From Gammaproteobacteria bacterium (GTDB taxonomy: Bacteria > Pseudomonadota > Gammaproteobacteria > SZUA-229): 64,000 nucleotides of DNA. Location: the NCBI GenBank assembly GCA_030148865.1, contig JASBSR010000034.1:36543-100542 (forward strand), given 5' to 3'. The translations under genes and the position numbers were made by a program. This document shows positions 10,442-21,859 of this stretch, one piece after another. The notes beneath the pieces were generated by a model. That model worked only from the letters and a program-made list of their open reading frames with translations, ran no database searches and was not told the DNA's origin. Position 1 is the stretch's first letter; each line of letters begins with the position of its first letter.

Positions 10442-10951
10442 TTATTTTTTCTTAAAAACTTTCTTCAAACCCGCCAGAACTTTATCGCTAATATCCAGTG
10501 CATCGGTGTTATACAGAACACCGTCGTTAAGGATCAGATCATACTTGTCATCTTTGGCAATTTTTTCTACAATGCCACGAGTTGTCTGTTCCAGAGACGC
10601 CAGCTCCTGACTACGCATGGTATTGACTTCCTGTGCAAGCACTGCTTCATTCTGTTTAAACTGCTGATATTTCTTGGACATATCAGATCTCATTTCATTG
10701 AGCTTGTCTTCTGTCATAACGAGTTCGTTGCGTTTATAATTATCCTGCATAGTCTTAAGCTCATTCTGCATAGCATCGAGCTCTTTCTTTTTGCCATCAA
10801 AACGCTCTTTCATGGCGGAATCAATCGCTGTTGCCTGTGGCGAATCAGCCCAGACTTTATTAAGTTTAACAACACCTACTTTAAGGCCAGCGGAATACGC
10901 CGTCGGCATCAGTAGCATAAACAGACATGTAGCTATAAAAATGTTTTTCAC
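10442..10951 (-). CDS. skp: Periplasmic chaperone Skp (OmpH)
   Basis: 169 aa with a signal peptide and a K/E/Q-rich coiled-coil body. It sits between bamA and lpxD. Confidence 0.88.
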   Translation of the reverse strand: MKNIFIATCLFMLLMPTAYSAGLKVGVVKLNKVWADSPQATAIDSAMKERFDGKKKELDAMQNELKTMQDNYKRNELVMTEDKLNEMRSDMSKKYQQFKQNEAVLAQEVNTMRSQELASLEQTTRGIVEKIAKDDKYDLILNDGVLYNTDALDISDKVLAGLKKVFKKK

Positions 10952-10960
10952 AATCGTCTC

Positions 10961-13285
10961 CTAGAAAAATGAACCAATACTAAACTGGAAGTTGCGTAAT
11001 ATATCCCCGGGAACGTCATTCAGGGTTTTAGCCCAGCTAAATCTGAGCGGGCCAATTGGCGCGAGCCAGACGAACGACACACCTACTGATGTACGCAGCT
11101 GACTACTATCAAATCCGATATTTGTTGAATTAAAGGTTGATAAATTATCCTGAAAAACATTACCAATATCATAAAATGCACTCAATCTGACTGAATTTGG
11201 CGCTTTCTCTACGAATGGTATCGGAAATATGAAGTCGGCACCAGCCGTGAGTCGTATATTACCCCCGACTGGGGCGCCAGTCGCGGCATCACGCGGACCT
11301 AAGGAATTCGTATCGTAACCTCGAACCGTACTCAGGCCGCCAGCGAAATAGCGCTCAAAGAATGGCAGCTCACCGTATGCGCCATAGCCGTTGCCGTAAC
11401 CGAGGTTGGACCGCATCAACAGAGTGATGTCATCGCTCAAGCCAAAATAGAATTTATTTGTGTAAGAAAGTTTGTAATACTCCAGGTCACTGCCAGGTAC
11501 TGTGACATTGACACCAATAAATTGTGAACTACCTGCAGTGGCAAAAATACTCCGATTGCGTGTATCGCGAGAATATCCCGCACTCAGCACCAGGCTACTG
11601 TATGTGTCACCATTACGGGCAACAAAATCTGTCACCACTAAAGCAGGGTTCGTCGACAGGCGCAATTTGACACGATTAATACCGTAGCCAAGGTTTAGCG
11701 TATTATACTCAGACAGCGGGATACCGTAGTCAACATTGGCGCTGAAAGTGCTGGTTTCAAAATTTGTAATATACTGGTTAGTAGCGTTGCGATCCTGAAA
11801 TTTGAAGCCGATCGTTCGACTAATACCATCGTGCGTATAATACGGGTCGGTAAATGAAACACTATATATTTTAAACGCCCTATCTGTATTCAAATCCACA
11901 GCAAGACGCTGACCAGTGCCAAACAGATTTTCCTGTGTGACACCCACATTGAACAAAAAGCCCTGACTTTGTGAGAAACCCGCACCAATATTAAAACTGC
12001 CAGCCAGGCGCTCACTAACAGAAACATCAATATCCACCTGATCATCTGTGCCGGGAACTGGAACCGTATTTACTTTTACATCTTCCAGATAGTTTAAACG
12101 TTGCAAACGAATTTTCGAGCGTTCAAGTCGATCACTCGCCAGCACTGAGCCTTCCATCAAACGCATTTCTCGGCGCAGAACTACTTCATGCGTACTGAAA
12201 TTACCGCGGAAATTAATTTGTCTGACATACACTTTCTTACCAGGCACAATCACATAATCCAGCGCTATTTGTCGTTTCTCGTCGTCAATTTTAGGAATCA
12301 CATTCACTCTCGCAAATGCATAGCCGACTTTTCCCAGTCTGTCCTGAAGTGCTTTTTGTGTTCGTGTCATTTCCTTGCGTGAGAACAGGGCACCAGATTT
12401 AGTCGTAATCAGCTCTTCAAGTTTTGCCTTATCTACAACCATTTCACCGGTCAGGCCAACATTGCTAACTGTGTACTGCTTGCCTTCTTCAATATTAATT
12501 GTGACGTATATATCTTTCTTGTCCGGCGTGATTGAAACCTGGGTTGAATCCGCAGAAAACTTAATATAACCACGATCCATATAGTATGAACGCAGGGTTT
12601 CAATGTCAGCATTTAGCTTGGGTCTGGAATATTCATCTGTGCTGGAAAAAAGTGAGGCATCATCTGTGCTGGTTAGTTCAATCTCACCCAGCAGGGTCGA
12701 GTCATCAAATATCTCATTGCCAATGATATTAATTTGCTTGATCAGGGCGACCCTGCCTTCAGATATTTTTATATCAATAGCGACGCGATTTTGATCAAGG
12801 CTGGTAACCTCCGTTTTAATACGGACTCCGTATTTTCCCTGACTAAAGTATACGCGTTCGAGTTCAGCGGAAAGATTCTCCAGTAAAGAACGATTGTAAA
12901 TACGCCCTTTGACGATACCTATATCCTTCAACGCTGATTCCAGTGTTTTATTATCGATGTCTGAATTACCCGAGAACGTAACGTCAGATATTGATGGTCG
13001 CTCTTTCACGCGCACAATCAGAGTATCACCTTCACGCAGTAGTGCCACATCAGAAAAGAAACCAGTTTTATAAAGCTCTTTGATTGCAAACGTAATTTGT
13101 TTCTCGTCGAGCGGGTCCCCCTCCTGCACCGGCAGATAATTGAGCAAGGTACCATCAGTCAGGCGTTCCAGCCCTTCTATTTTTATACCACTGACAATAA
13201 AACTGTCTGCTGCATACACAAGGGTCGTCTGGAAACATACTGTGATCACGATGATTTTTATTATTCTGGTACTGCGATTTAGCAT
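10961..13285 (-). CDS. bamA: Outer-membrane protein assembly factor BamA
   Basis: The track ORF is trimmed to MLNRSTRIIKIIVITVCFQTTLVYA (signal peptide), which avoids overlap with rseP. POTRA repeats are followed by a beta-barrel ending in ...FQFSIGSFF (terminal aromatic residue). Confidence 0.93.
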   Translation of the reverse strand: MLNRSTRIIKIIVITVCFQTTLVYAADSFIVSGIKIEGLERLTDGTLLNYLPVQEGDPLDEKQITFAIKELYKTGFFSDVALLREGDTLIVRVKERPSISDVTFSGNSDIDNKTLESALKDIGIVKGRIYNRSLLENLSAELERVYFSQGKYGVRIKTEVTSLDQNRVAIDIKISEGRVALIKQINIIGNEIFDDSTLLGEIELTSTDDASLFSSTDEYSRPKLNADIETLRSYYMDRGYIKFSADSTQVSITPDKKDIYVTINIEEGKQYTVSNVGLTGEMVVDKAKLEELITTKSGALFSRKEMTRTQKALQDRLGKVGYAFARVNVIPKIDDEKRQIALDYVIVPGKKVYVRQINFRGNFSTHEVVLRREMRLMEGSVLASDRLERSKIRLQRLNYLEDVKVNTVPVPGTDDQVDIDVSVSERLAGSFNIGAGFSQSQGFLFNVGVTQENLFGTGQRLAVDLNTDRAFKIYSVSFTDPYYTHDGISRTIGFKFQDRNATNQYITNFETSTFSANVDYGIPLSEYNTLNLGYGINRVKLRLSTNPALVVTDFVARNGDTYSSLVLSAGYSRDTRNRSIFATAGSSQFIGVNVTVPGSDLEYYKLSYTNKFYFGLSDDITLLMRSNLGYGNGYGAYGELPFFERYFAGGLSTVRGYDTNSLGPRDAATGAPVGGNIRLTAGADFIFPIPFVEKAPNSVRLSAFYDIGNVFQDNLSTFNSTNIGFDSSQLRTSVGVSFVWLAPIGPLRFSWAKTLNDVPGDILRNFQFSIGSFF

Positions 13286-13292
13286 ATTACTC

Positions 13293-14660
13293 TCATTGAA
13301 GCAGGCGATGAATATCATTGAACATCGCGATACTCATTAGCACCACAAGCAAGACTAGCCCGATTTGCTGGCCGCGTGCTTCGAAGGTTTCAGATACTGG
13401 CGACCCCTTCACCAGTTCGATCAAATAGTACAGCAAGTGGCCGCCATCGAGCATGGGCACAGGCAAAAGATTCAACACGCCCAGACTCAATGAAATAATT
13501 GCCAGAAAACTAATGAATGTTGTAACACCAATCTGCGCGGTCACACCGGCGTATTTGGCGATGGTGATCGGCCCGGAAATATTTTCCAGTGAGGCCTCGC
13601 CCGTCACCATTTTCCACAACACTCGCAGAGTAAGCACTGACATGTCCCAGGTTTTTTCAACCGCGCGCGGAATTGCATCGAACACACCATATTGCTGTGT
13701 TGTCAGAAGCTTTTGCCTGAGGCTCTCCGGGATCAGTTGCCAGGCACCGATAACACCAATTGTTTCACCATCAATTTCCCTGCTACTCGGAAAAACTGTA
13801 ATTTTTTTCTGCTCTGCGTCACGTTCGACCTGGAACACCAGCGCGTCTCCCGGGTGGGTTCGCACCATCTCCACCATCGACTCCCAGTTTTTTACCGGTT
13901 GATCATTAATGCTTACCACGCGATCATTGATCTGCAGGCCAGCGGCTCTGGCAGTGCCATCATCTGTCAAGCCACCAATGGTTGCTGGCAAATCGGGCCA
14001 CCAGCGGGTGAAGCCAAGCAACTTAACAACATCGCCCTGATGTTTGAGCAGCTGTGTCTCGCTCAAATCGAGTGTGTGTACATGCTCACTACCATTTTCA
14101 TCGCGGACCTGAAATTCAACCTCACCACCATCCAGCCCCTGTTCTATCAGGGCGAGGCGTAACTGATTCCAGGAAGTAATTTCACTGTCATCTACCCGTA
14201 GCACCTGGTCGCCAGCGGTAAAACCAGCTTTTGCCGCCAGTGAGCCAGCATCGGGTTCACCGAGCAAAGGACGTTCGACCGTGGTACCGACAACAAACAC
14301 CAGCCAGTACAAAAAGATGGCGAGAATAAAATTAAACAGTGGACCGGCAACCACAATTGCAGATCGTACGGACAGCGACTGGGTATTAAAAGCGCGCGCT
14401 CGATCTTCACTGGCAACGCTGCCTTCGCGTTCATCCAGCATTTTGACATAACCGCCCAGCGGAATGGCAGCAATAACGTATTCGATGGTGTCCTTACCGG
14501 TGCGGCGTGTCCACGTCAGCAAGGGCTTACCGAAACCCACAGAAAACCGCAGCACTTTAACACCGGACTTACGCGCCACCCAATAATGCCCGAATTCGTG
14601 GAAGGTAACCAGTACACCAATCGCGACAATGAAAAAGAACAGGCTATGCAGTACGTTCAT
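13293..14660 (-). CDS. rseP: Sigma-E protease RseP (site-2 zinc metalloprotease)
   Basis: HEFGHYWVARK (HExxH), two PDZ domains, and a C-terminal LDGGH motif (NLLPVPMLDGGHLLYY). Confidence 0.93.
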   Translation of the reverse strand: MNVLHSLFFFIVAIGVLVTFHEFGHYWVARKSGVKVLRFSVGFGKPLLTWTRRTGKDTIEYVIAAIPLGGYVKMLDEREGSVASEDRARAFNTQSLSVRSAIVVAGPLFNFILAIFLYWLVFVVGTTVERPLLGEPDAGSLAAKAGFTAGDQVLRVDDSEITSWNQLRLALIEQGLDGGEVEFQVRDENGSEHVHTLDLSETQLLKHQGDVVKLLGFTRWWPDLPATIGGLTDDGTARAAGLQINDRVVSINDQPVKNWESMVEMVRTHPGDALVFQVERDAEQKKITVFPSSREIDGETIGVIGAWQLIPESLRQKLLTTQQYGVFDAIPRAVEKTWDMSVLTLRVLWKMVTGEASLENISGPITIAKYAGVTAQIGVTTFISFLAIISLSLGVLNLLPVPMLDGGHLLYYLIELVKGSPVSETFEARGQQIGLVLLVVLMSIAMFNDIHRLLQ

Positions 14661-14681
14661 AGGGTTGATACGCTTTTATAA

Positions 14682-15890
14682 TTACACGACAGCACGGCTA
14701 CCACCTTTTGCGACCAGTTCCTGAGCCAGCAGTCGCGCATCAGCATCTATCGTAAGAATTGCCTGCAGGGTATCTGCGGCAGGTTGCAGTTCAGAGCGCG
14801 CAAGGCTTTGCTCGATCACGTCTGAAATTTGGCTGAACGTAATTTTACCGTCGAGAAAGGCAGCCACGGCAATTTCATTGGCTGCATTTAGCACAATGCT
14901 AGCACTTCCGCCCATGCGTAGCGCATCAAAACATAACTGCAGGCACGGAAATCGGCGAAAATCGGGTTTGTCGAACTCCAGCTTTGCGACCTCGAATAAG
15001 TCAAGAGGTTCCACCCCGGAGTCGATACGTTCGGGCCACGCCAGGGCATGCGCGATCGGTGTCCGCATATCCGGATTACCGAGCTGCGCCAGCACCGAAC
15101 CGTCACTGTAGGTAGCCATGGAGTGAATCACACTTTGCGGATGAATCACGACCTCGATCATCTCTTCAGAAATATCGAATAGCCAGCAGGCCTCGATGAC
15201 TTCCAGGCCCTTGTTCATCATAGTGGCGGAATCGACCGAGATTTTATGGCCCATGTCCCAGTTGGGGTGACTGACCGCCTGCGCGGGTGTCACACTGGCC
15301 AGGGTATTGATGTCACGGGTAAGAAACGGCCCGCCGCTGGCGGTCAACAAAATACGCTGAATACCATGGTGCCTGAGATCACTGCCAGAATTGTGCGCCT
15401 GTGCCGGCAGACACTGAAAGATCGCATTATGCTCGCTATCCACCGGTAACAAAACCGCACCATGCTGCTTAACGGTATCCATGAACAGCTTGCCTGACAT
15501 CACCAGTGCTTCTTTATTGGCCAGCAAAATACGTTTGCCCGCCTCGGCCGCGGCCAGTGCAGGTAACAATCCAGCTGCACCGACGATACCGGCCACCACG
15601 GTTTCCACCTCGGTCAAGCTGGCGACGCGATTCAGTCCCTCGACGCCACCAAGAACTTCGACTTCAGCAGCCGCAGAGTGTAAACGCTGTCGCAATTGCT
15701 CAGCGGCATCGGTGTCGCACATGACGGCATAGCGGGGACGCCATCTCAGGCACTGCTGTTCAAGCTGATCCACATCGGTATTCGCTGTCAGCGCAGTGAC
15801 ATGATAACGCTCGGGATGTCGCGCAATCACGTCCAGTGCACTGCAGCCAATGCTACCGGTAGAACCCAGTAGAGTGATACCCTGTGTCAT
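14682..15890 (-). CDS. dxr: 1-deoxy-D-xylulose-5-phosphate reductoisomerase
   Basis: The ORF is trimmed to [15 protein letters not shown] (NADPH-binding motif). The start overlaps the cdsA stop as ATGA. It also carries LANKE...DSEHNAIFQ. Confidence 0.93.
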   Translation of the reverse strand: MTQGITLLGSTGSIGCSALDVIARHPERYHVTALTANTDVDQLEQQCLRWRPRYAVMCDTDAAEQLRQRLHSAAAEVEVLGGVEGLNRVASLTEVETVVAGIVGAAGLLPALAAAEAGKRILLANKEALVMSGKLFMDTVKQHGAVLLPVDSEHNAIFQCLPAQAHNSGSDLRHHGIQRILLTASGGPFLTRDINTLASVTPAQAVSHPNWDMGHKISVDSATMMNKGLEVIEACWLFDISEEMIEVVIHPQSVIHSMATYSDGSVLAQLGNPDMRTPIAHALAWPERIDSGVEPLDLFEVAKLEFDKPDFRRFPCLQLCFDALRMGGSASIVLNAANEIAVAAFLDGKITFSQISDVIEQSLARSELQPAADTLQAILTIDADARLLAQELVAKGGSRAVV

Positions 15891-16717
15891 AAGGTGACTC
15901 GGAAAAAGGGTTGTATCCACCAGTGCAGGCCGACGACAAGTACTGGCATTGCCGCCAGCACACTGTCGATGCGATCAAGCATGCCACCGTGTCCCGGCAG
16001 TAGTTTGCCGCTATCTTTCAAATTCGCTGTGCGTTTAAGCAGGCTTTCATATAAATCACCCACCACTGAAACCAGTGTCAGTAGAATCGATAACACCAGC
16101 AACAAAACGATACCTGTAAGTTCGAGATCAAAATAAACACTGGCAATCAAACTATAAAGTGTGGTCGTGAGCAACGCACCGTACAAACCTTCACGGGTTT
16201 TTCCCGGACTCAAATCAGGCGCAAGTTTGTTTTTACCAAATCGTCGACCTGAAAAATAAGCGCCGATATCAGCCAGCCAGACCAGCAACAAACCATAGAG
16301 CAGCCACTGCGGCCCCTGGAACCCGGCGTGCAGGATGGTCATAGCCATGACAGCGGCCGGCACAATCAACAAACCTGACAACAAAGTTAGCAACGAGCTT
16401 CGCCACGTGATAGTTTCTGGTTTGACACATGGCAGGTACACAGCAATAAGCAACCACCATAACGCTGCCAGCATGATGTACCATCTCACCCACAAAAGTT
16501 GTTGCTCCAGGAAGTACCAGGCGACAAAACTCAGCATCACCGCATAACCAAAACGCCATGCCAGCTGTGGTACACCAGCGAGCCGTGCCCATTCCAGGCC
16601 AGAGAGCAGAGTCACTGCTAACAATACATAAATCACGATCTCGGTCGACTGAAACAAAATCAGCCAGATCACCAACGCCGCCAGTGGAATAGCGGTAAAG
16701 ACTCGCTGCCACAGCAT
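15887..16717 (-). CDS. cdsA: Phosphatidate cytidylyltransferase
   Basis: Polytopic membrane protein with the CDS signature [26 protein letters not shown]. Confidence 0.92.
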   Translation of the reverse strand: MLWQRVFTAIPLAALVIWLILFQSTEIVIYVLLAVTLLSGLEWARLAGVPQLAWRFGYAVMLSFVAWYFLEQQLLWVRWYIMLAALWWLLIAVYLPCVKPETITWRSSLLTLLSGLLIVPAAVMAMTILHAGFQGPQWLLYGLLLVWLADIGAYFSGRRFGKNKLAPDLSPGKTREGLYGALLTTTLYSLIASVYFDLELTGIVLLLVLSILLTLVSVVGDLYESLLKRTANLKDSGKLLPGHGGMLDRIDSVLAAMPVLVVGLHWWIQPFFRVTL

Positions 16718-17496
16718 CAGCCAGCACCCTGCTGCGACTCGCTCGACTCACCACCGACCTGTTCTGCTATTTTACCAAAGCGACGTTGGCGTGTGGCATA
16801 CCAGTCCAGCGCCCTGGCTAGCTCGGCATCATTAAAATCCGGCCAGAGAGTATCGCAAAAATATAATTCTGAATACGCGCACTGCCAGACTAAAAAATTA
16901 CTAATGCGCCGCTCTCCACCGGTGCGGATAAACAAATCTGGTGCCGGCAGCCCAGCAAGGCACAACTGCTCGCTGAAAGTAGTCTCATCAATGGCACCAG
17001 CCGTAATGCTGCCAGCAGATACCTGATTCGCCAGAATCTTACAGGCATTGACAATATCCCAGCGGCCACCGTAATTTGCTGCAATATTTAAAGCTAGCCC
17101 GGTGTTGTTTTTAGTGAGCTGTTCAGCAGCACTGATGCCCTGCCGCAATTTTTCATCAAAACGATTACGATCGCCAATAAAAACCACACGCACCTGCTGG
17201 GCGTGCAATTTATCAATCTCAGTTGCCAGTGTTTTAACAAACAAGGTCATCAGGTGATTGACTTCGGTGCTCGGCCGCTTCCAGTTCTCACTACTAAAGG
17301 CAAATATAGTAAGTGCAGCAATGCTACGGCGAGCACAGCTTTCAACCAGTGCACGTGTCGCATTTACACCAGCCTTATGACCAGCCGCACGCGGCAACAT
17401 ACGTTTGCTCGCCCAGCGGCCATTACCATCCATTACCACCGCGATGTGGCGTGGGTGGGATGGATCGGCAGGAATTGGATTGTTGGAATGCGCCAT
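16717..17496 (-). CDS. uppS: Ditrans,polycis-undecaprenyl-diphosphate synthase
   Basis: PRHIAVVMDGNGRWA...LTIFAFSSENWKRP...IRTGGERRISNFLLWQ-type motifs. Confidence 0.94.
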   Translation of the reverse strand: MAHSNNPIPADPSHPRHIAVVMDGNGRWASKRMLPRAAGHKAGVNATRALVESCARRSIAALTIFAFSSENWKRPSTEVNHLMTLFVKTLATEIDKLHAQQVRVVFIGDRNRFDEKLRQGISAAEQLTKNNTGLALNIAANYGGRWDIVNACKILANQVSAGSITAGAIDETTFSEQLCLAGLPAPDLFIRTGGERRISNFLVWQCAYSELYFCDTLWPDFNDAELARALDWYATRQRRFGKIAEQVGGESSESQQGAG

Positions 17497-17517
17497 CGAA
17501 AGTCTCTCCAGTAGAGC

Positions 17518-18075
17518 CTAGACTTCCATTAATTCCGATTCTTTTGCCGCAAGTACGGCATCTATTTTAGCAACATAGGTATCCGTCAGTTTCTGGATTC
17601 CATCTTCAGCCTGACGACATTCATCTTCAGAAATGTCTTTTTCTTTGAGCAGCTCTTTAAAATCGCTGTTGGCATCGCGGCGAATATTTCGCACAGCAAC
17701 TTTTGCACCTTCAGCTTCCTGCTTCACAATACGCACCAGATCACGACGGCGCTCAGCAGTTAAAGGTGGCATTGGAATTCGGATCACAGTACCCGCCGTG
17801 GACGGATTGAGACCAAGGTCGGCAGTCATGATGGCCTTTTCAACTGTTTTCACCATATCTTTTTCCCATGGCGTTACGACTAGTGTACGCGAATCCTCAA
17901 CACTAACATTCGCCACCTGTTTTAATGGCGTGTCACTTCCATAGTAAGATACACTAAGATGATCCAGCAAGCTGGGGTGCGCACGGCCAGTGCGTATTTT
18001 TAGCAGTTCATGGGCAAGCGCATCAACGCTTTTCTGCATCCGGCTTTCAGCATCTTCAGTAATTTCGTCAATCAT
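17518..18075 (-). CDS. frr: Ribosome recycling factor
   Basis: 185 aa reading ...[15 protein letters not shown]...[24 protein letters not shown]. Synteny pyrH-frr. Confidence 0.95.
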   Translation of the reverse strand: MIDEITEDAESRMQKSVDALAHELLKIRTGRAHPSLLDHLSVSYYGSDTPLKQVANVSVEDSRTLVVTPWEKDMVKTVEKAIMTADLGLNPSTAGTVIRIPMPPLTAERRRDLVRIVKQEAEGAKVAVRNIRRDANSDFKELLKEKDISEDECRQAEDGIQKLTDTYVAKIDAVLAAKESELMEV

Positions 18076-18082
18076 AAAATCC

Positions 18083-18802
18083 TCACATCAAAACAGTGGT
18101 TCCAAGCGATGCATCGCTCATAGCTTTTGGCAGGGTGCCAGCATCGTTGAGATTAAACACGCGCAGAGGCAGTTTGTTGTCGCGACACATCACAATGGCT
18201 GTTGTGTCCATTACTTTTAAATCTTTCTCCAGAACTTCGCTGACAGGTAGCGTTTCGTAGCGCCTGGCGTCAGGATTGGTCGCCGGGTCAGAATCATAAA
18301 TACCATTAACTTTGGTAGCCTTCATTATGACATCGGCATTTATTTCGATTGCGCGTAAACATCCTGCAGTATCAGTCGTAAAAAATGGATTGCCGGTGCC
18401 CGCAGCAAATATAACAACGTGATTCTGATCAAGATGGTGCAAGGCACGGCGGCAGATATATTCTTCACACATACGATTAATGCGTATTGCTGACATAACA
18501 CGCGCAGATTTCCCCTGCTTTTCGATGGCATCCTGCATGGCCAGGCTATTAATCACCGTTGCCAGCATACCCATGTGATCGCCAGTAACCCGATCCATGC
18601 CCGCAGCGGCAAGCCCTGCACCGCGAAAAATATTGCCACCACCAAGCACCAGCGCGACCTGTACACCCATATCAACCACTTCTACGATTTCTCTGGCGAC
18701 ACGTTGCATCATCTCTGGGTCGATGCCGTAATCACAATCCCCCATCAACGCTTCACCACTGAGCTTGAGCAACACACGTTTATAGAGAACGGGTTTCGCC
18801 AT
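18083..18802 (-). CDS. pyrH: UMP kinase
   Basis: The track ORF is trimmed to [27 protein letters not shown] and [13 protein letters not shown] motifs are present. Confidence 0.94.
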   Translation of the reverse strand: MAKPVLYKRVLLKLSGEALMGDCDYGIDPEMMQRVAREIVEVVDMGVQVALVLGGGNIFRGAGLAAAGMDRVTGDHMGMLATVINSLAMQDAIEKQGKSARVMSAIRINRMCEEYICRRALHHLDQNHVVIFAAGTGNPFFTTDTAGCLRAIEINADVIMKATKVNGIYDSDPATNPDARRYETLPVSEVLEKDLKVMDTTAIVMCRDNKLPLRVFNLNDAGTLPKAMSDASLGTTVLM

Positions 18803-18856
18803 AGTATTGTCCTGATCCGGTTTTATTATTGTTGCTATATTTTGCCACACACTTGC

Positions 18857-18888
18857 AAAAAAACCGGGGAATATTGCCCGGTTTTTTT
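18857..18888 (-). terminator. Rho-independent terminator or attenuator between tsf and pyrH
   Basis: aaaaaaaccggg-gaatattg-cccggttttttt: a GC core stem flanked by A7/T7 runs. It reads as hairpin plus U-tract on either strand. Confidence 0.6.
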
Positions 18889-18909
18889 GCTGTTCCTGCT
18901 TCACTCAAA

Positions 18910-19794
18910 TCAGTTAGTTTTGAGTTGTGCCATGACTTCGTCGGCAAAGTTTTCCTGTTTCTTTTCGATACCTTCACCTACCGAATAGCGTACAAATCTA
19001 ACCACTGTAGCGCCTGCATCTTTCAGCAGAGCATCGACTGTTTTGTCCGGGTCTTTGACGAAGGGCTGTCCAAGCAGTGTGATCTCAGCAAGATATTTGC
19101 GGACACGGCCGACCAGCATTTTTTCAACAATGTCGGCGGGTTTGCCGCTTTCCAGCGCCTGGGCACGTAAAATTTCCTTTTCTTTTTCCAGCACATCGGC
19201 GGATACATCTGCCTCTGACACACACATCGGGCTGCTGGCTGCAATATGCATAGCAATATCTTTCATCAGTTCAGCATCAGCATTTTCTGCTTCTACCAGA
19301 ACGCCGATGCGAGTGCCGTGCAAATAACTACCAAAACTGCCAGCACTCGTCTGCAGCGACTCAAAGCGACGTACCTGTACATTCTCACCAATTTTGGCAA
19401 CCATGGCCTGACGCTTTTCTTCAATACTGGCACTGTCACCATCCAGCGGTAATGCCACCAGTGCCTCGATTGATTCAGGCTTATTAGTCAATGCGGTTCT
19501 AGCAACTGCGCTGGCGAAAGCGATGAACTCATCACCACCTGAAACAAAATCAGTTTCACAGTTCACTTCGACCACCACTGCAGATTTACCATCAGCGCTA
19601 ATTTCAATTGCGACACGACCTTCTGCAGCAACGCGGTCTGCTTTTTTATCTGCTTTCGCCAGCCCCGACTTCCGCATATTTTCAATCGCGGTATCGATAT
19701 CACCGTTGGCTTCCTGCAGAGCTTTTTTACACTCCATCATGCCCGAGCCTGTACGCTCGCGCAGTTCTTTAACCATCACAGCACTTATCTGCAT
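18910..19794 (-). CDS. tsf: Elongation factor Ts
   Basis: MQISAVMVKELRERTGSGMMECKKALQEANGDIDTAIENMRKSG (UBA-like N-terminus). Synteny rpsB-tsf. Confidence 0.95.
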   Translation of the reverse strand: MQISAVMVKELRERTGSGMMECKKALQEANGDIDTAIENMRKSGLAKADKKADRVAAEGRVAIEISADGKSAVVVEVNCETDFVSGGDEFIAFASAVARTALTNKPESIEALVALPLDGDSASIEEKRQAMVAKIGENVQVRRFESLQTSAGSFGSYLHGTRIGVLVEAENADAELMKDIAMHIAASSPMCVSEADVSADVLEKEKEILRAQALESGKPADIVEKMLVGRVRKYLAEITLLGQPFVKDPDKTVDALLKDAGATVVRFVRYSVGEGIEKKQENFADEVMAQLKTN

Positions 19795-19850
19795 GACCTT
19801 ACCTCTATAATTTCTTCACGGCTCGCACTAGCTATGAGCCTGATTAATAT

Positions 19851-20792
19851 TTACGCGTCCTTTTTGGCAGCGGCTTTTTTCTTAGGGGCTGCTTTTTTCT
19901 TAGGAGCAGCTTTTTTCTTAGGGGCTGCTTTCTTGGCTGGTGCCGTCTCTTTAACTTCTGCTTCTGCTTCAGCTTTTTCTTCAACTGGCGCAGTTTCTTC
20001 AGCAACCTCTTCCTTTGCTACCTTGGGTGCGGCCTTCTTTTTGATCGTAGCTTTCCTGGCCGCTGGCTTCGCCGTTGTTTCTTCGTCTTTATCGGCCGTT
20101 TGCATCACTGCGGCGGCACGGCCTTCGATGACAGCATCAGCCACACCCTGAGTGTAAAGACGAATTGCTTTGATAGCATCATCGTTACCCGGGATGATGT
20201 AATCGATACCTTCGGGTGAGTTATTGGTATCAACTATACCGAACACCGGTATACCCAGCTTGTTGGCTTCTAGCACAGCGATGTTTTCATGACCCACATC
20301 GATCACGAAGAGTGCGTCAGGCAGACTGTTCATGCTTTTGATACCACCGAGCACTTTTTCGAGTTTGTCTTTTTCACGATTCAGACCAAGAATTTCTTTT
20401 TTGATGAGTTTATTGACTGAATCGTTAGCAAACATTTCTTCAAGCTCAGTGAGACGTTGAATCGACTGGCGAATGGTCTTGAAGTTGGTCAACATACCGC
20501 CCAACCAGCGGTGATTGACGTACGGCATACCACAGCGACCTGCTTCTTCCTGAACAATGCCGCGAGCAGCGCGCTTGGTACCGACAAACAGGATGCTGCC
20601 GCGCTGTGAGGCGACCTTGCCTAATGCGTTAATCGCATCATTATAGAGTGGCAACGTCTTCTCCAGATTGACGATATGAATTTTGTTACGGGCGCCGAAA
20701 ATATAATCGGACATTTTAGGGTTCCAGAAACGCGTCTGGTGACCAAAGTGCACGCCGGCTTCGAGCATCAGGCGCATGGATACTGTAGACAT
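19851..20792 (-). CDS. rpsB: 30S ribosomal protein S2 with a ~70-aa Lys/Ala/Pro/Glu-rich C-terminal extension
   Basis: The ORF is trimmed to [27 protein letters not shown] (E. coli S2 begins [27 protein letters not shown]), with GGAG upstream. The tail ends ...[32 protein letters not shown]. Confidence 0.93.
   Translation of the reverse strand: MSTVSMRLMLEAGVHFGHQTRFWNPKMSDYIFGARNKIHIVNLEKTLPLYNDAINALGKVASQRGSILFVGTKRAARGIVQEEAGRCGMPYVNHRWLGGMLTNFKTIRQSIQRLTELEEMFANDSVNKLIKKEILGLNREKDKLEKVLGGIKSMNSLPDALFVIDVGHENIAVLEANKLGIPVFGIVDTNNSPEGIDYIIPGNDDAIKAIRLYTQGVADAVIEGRAAAVMQTADKDEETTAKPAARKATIKKKAAPKVAKEEVAEETAPVEEKAEAEAEVKETAPAKKAAPKKKAAPKKKAAPKKKAAAKKDA
19867..19938 (-). repeat. Four tandem 18-bp coding repeats (unit ggGGCTGCTTTTTTCTTA on the plus strand) encoding (KKKAAP)n in the rpsB tail
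   Basis: Read directly: units at 19867-19884, 19885-19902 and 19903-19920, plus a degenerate fourth at 19921-19938. Confidence 0.85.
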
Positions 20793-21091
20793 AAGTTCTC
20801 CTGTCAGGGTTTTGCCTCCATACACCCCATATAATAACCGTGGTTCGAAAACCGGACGGCACCCTATTACATGTGTCGGTGTATGTGCGTATTATAAATA
20901 ATGGGTATTTTCCAGTAACGGCGAAATTCGAGCTAACCAGCCCCGCTTTCGTGGCAAAATACCTGCCTTGCTGACCGAGCAACACTCGGCGCGGCGGCTT
21001 TATACCATATTAAACGCCGGCGAACAATCATCTATAACGCCGACAACTATGGATTATTTTGTTAACTCATTGATATAAAAGACGAAACACT

Positions 21092-21859
21092 GTGACTGTC
21101 CATATAAAATCAAACCACGAAATCGAAAAAATGCGGATCGCCGGTCGCCTGGCCGGCGAAGTCCTGCAGATGATCCAGCCCCATGTTCAGGTCGGAATGA
21201 CCACCGATGAGCTCGATCGCATTTGCCACGACTACATTGTGGATGTACAAAAAGCGATCCCGGCACCGCTGAATTACCATGGCTTCCCCAAATCAATCTG
21301 CACCTCGGTGAATCACCAGGTCTGTCACGGCATCCCCAGCGATAAAAAACTGAAAAATGGTGATATCGTCAATATCGACATCACCGTGATCAAAGATGGT
21401 TTTCACGGCGACACCAGCAAGATGTTTTTTGTCGGTGAACCGCCAATCAAGGCGAAGCGCGTCACTCAAATCGCGCTGGAATGCATGCGCCTGGGTATCG
21501 ATCAGGTCAGACCCGGGGCGCGACTGGGTGATATTGGCCATGTCATCCAGATGCACGCCGAAAATAATCAGTGCTCGGTGGTGCGCGAATATTGCGGTCA
21601 CGGCATCGGTCGCGGCTTTCACGAAGACCCGCAGGTGCTGCACTATGGCCGACCAAATACCGGTATGGTGCTGGCACCCGGCATGACTTTCACTATTGAA
21701 CCGATGATTAATGCCGGTCGCCGCGATGTCAAACTGCTCAGCGATAACTGGACCGTAGTCACCAAGGATCACAGCCCATCTGCGCAATGGGAGCACACCA
21801 TTCTGGTCACTGACGATGGTCACGAGATTTTAACGCAGTGCCCTGGCGACGAAATATGA
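21092..21859 (+). CDS. map: Type I methionine aminopeptidase
   Basis: GTG start. ...GFPKSICTSVNHQVCHGIP...DIVNIDITV..DGFHGD...GHGIG..FHE...EPM...EHT, the metal-ligand pattern. Confidence 0.94.
   Translation: MTVHIKSNHEIEKMRIAGRLAGEVLQMIQPHVQVGMTTDELDRICHDYIVDVQKAIPAPLNYHGFPKSICTSVNHQVCHGIPSDKKLKNGDIVNIDITVIKDGFHGDTSKMFFVGEPPIKAKRVTQIALECMRLGIDQVRPGARLGDIGHVIQMHAENNQCSVVREYCGHGIGRGFHEDPQVLHYGRPNTGMVLAPGMTFTIEPMINAGRRDVKLLSDNWTVVTKDHSPSAQWEHTILVTDDGHEILTQCPGDEI

Noticed and set aside
19867-19938. Short tandem repeats that might be mistaken for a CRISPR-like or VNTR locus
   Set aside because: The units are contiguous 18-bp repeats without spacers and lie in frame within rpsB. They are coding tandem repeats, not CRISPR.
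19834-20151. Plus-strand ORF encoding [18 protein letters not shown] repeats
   Set aside because: It is the mirror image of the (KKKAAP)n coding repeats in the rpsB tail. It has no independent support.
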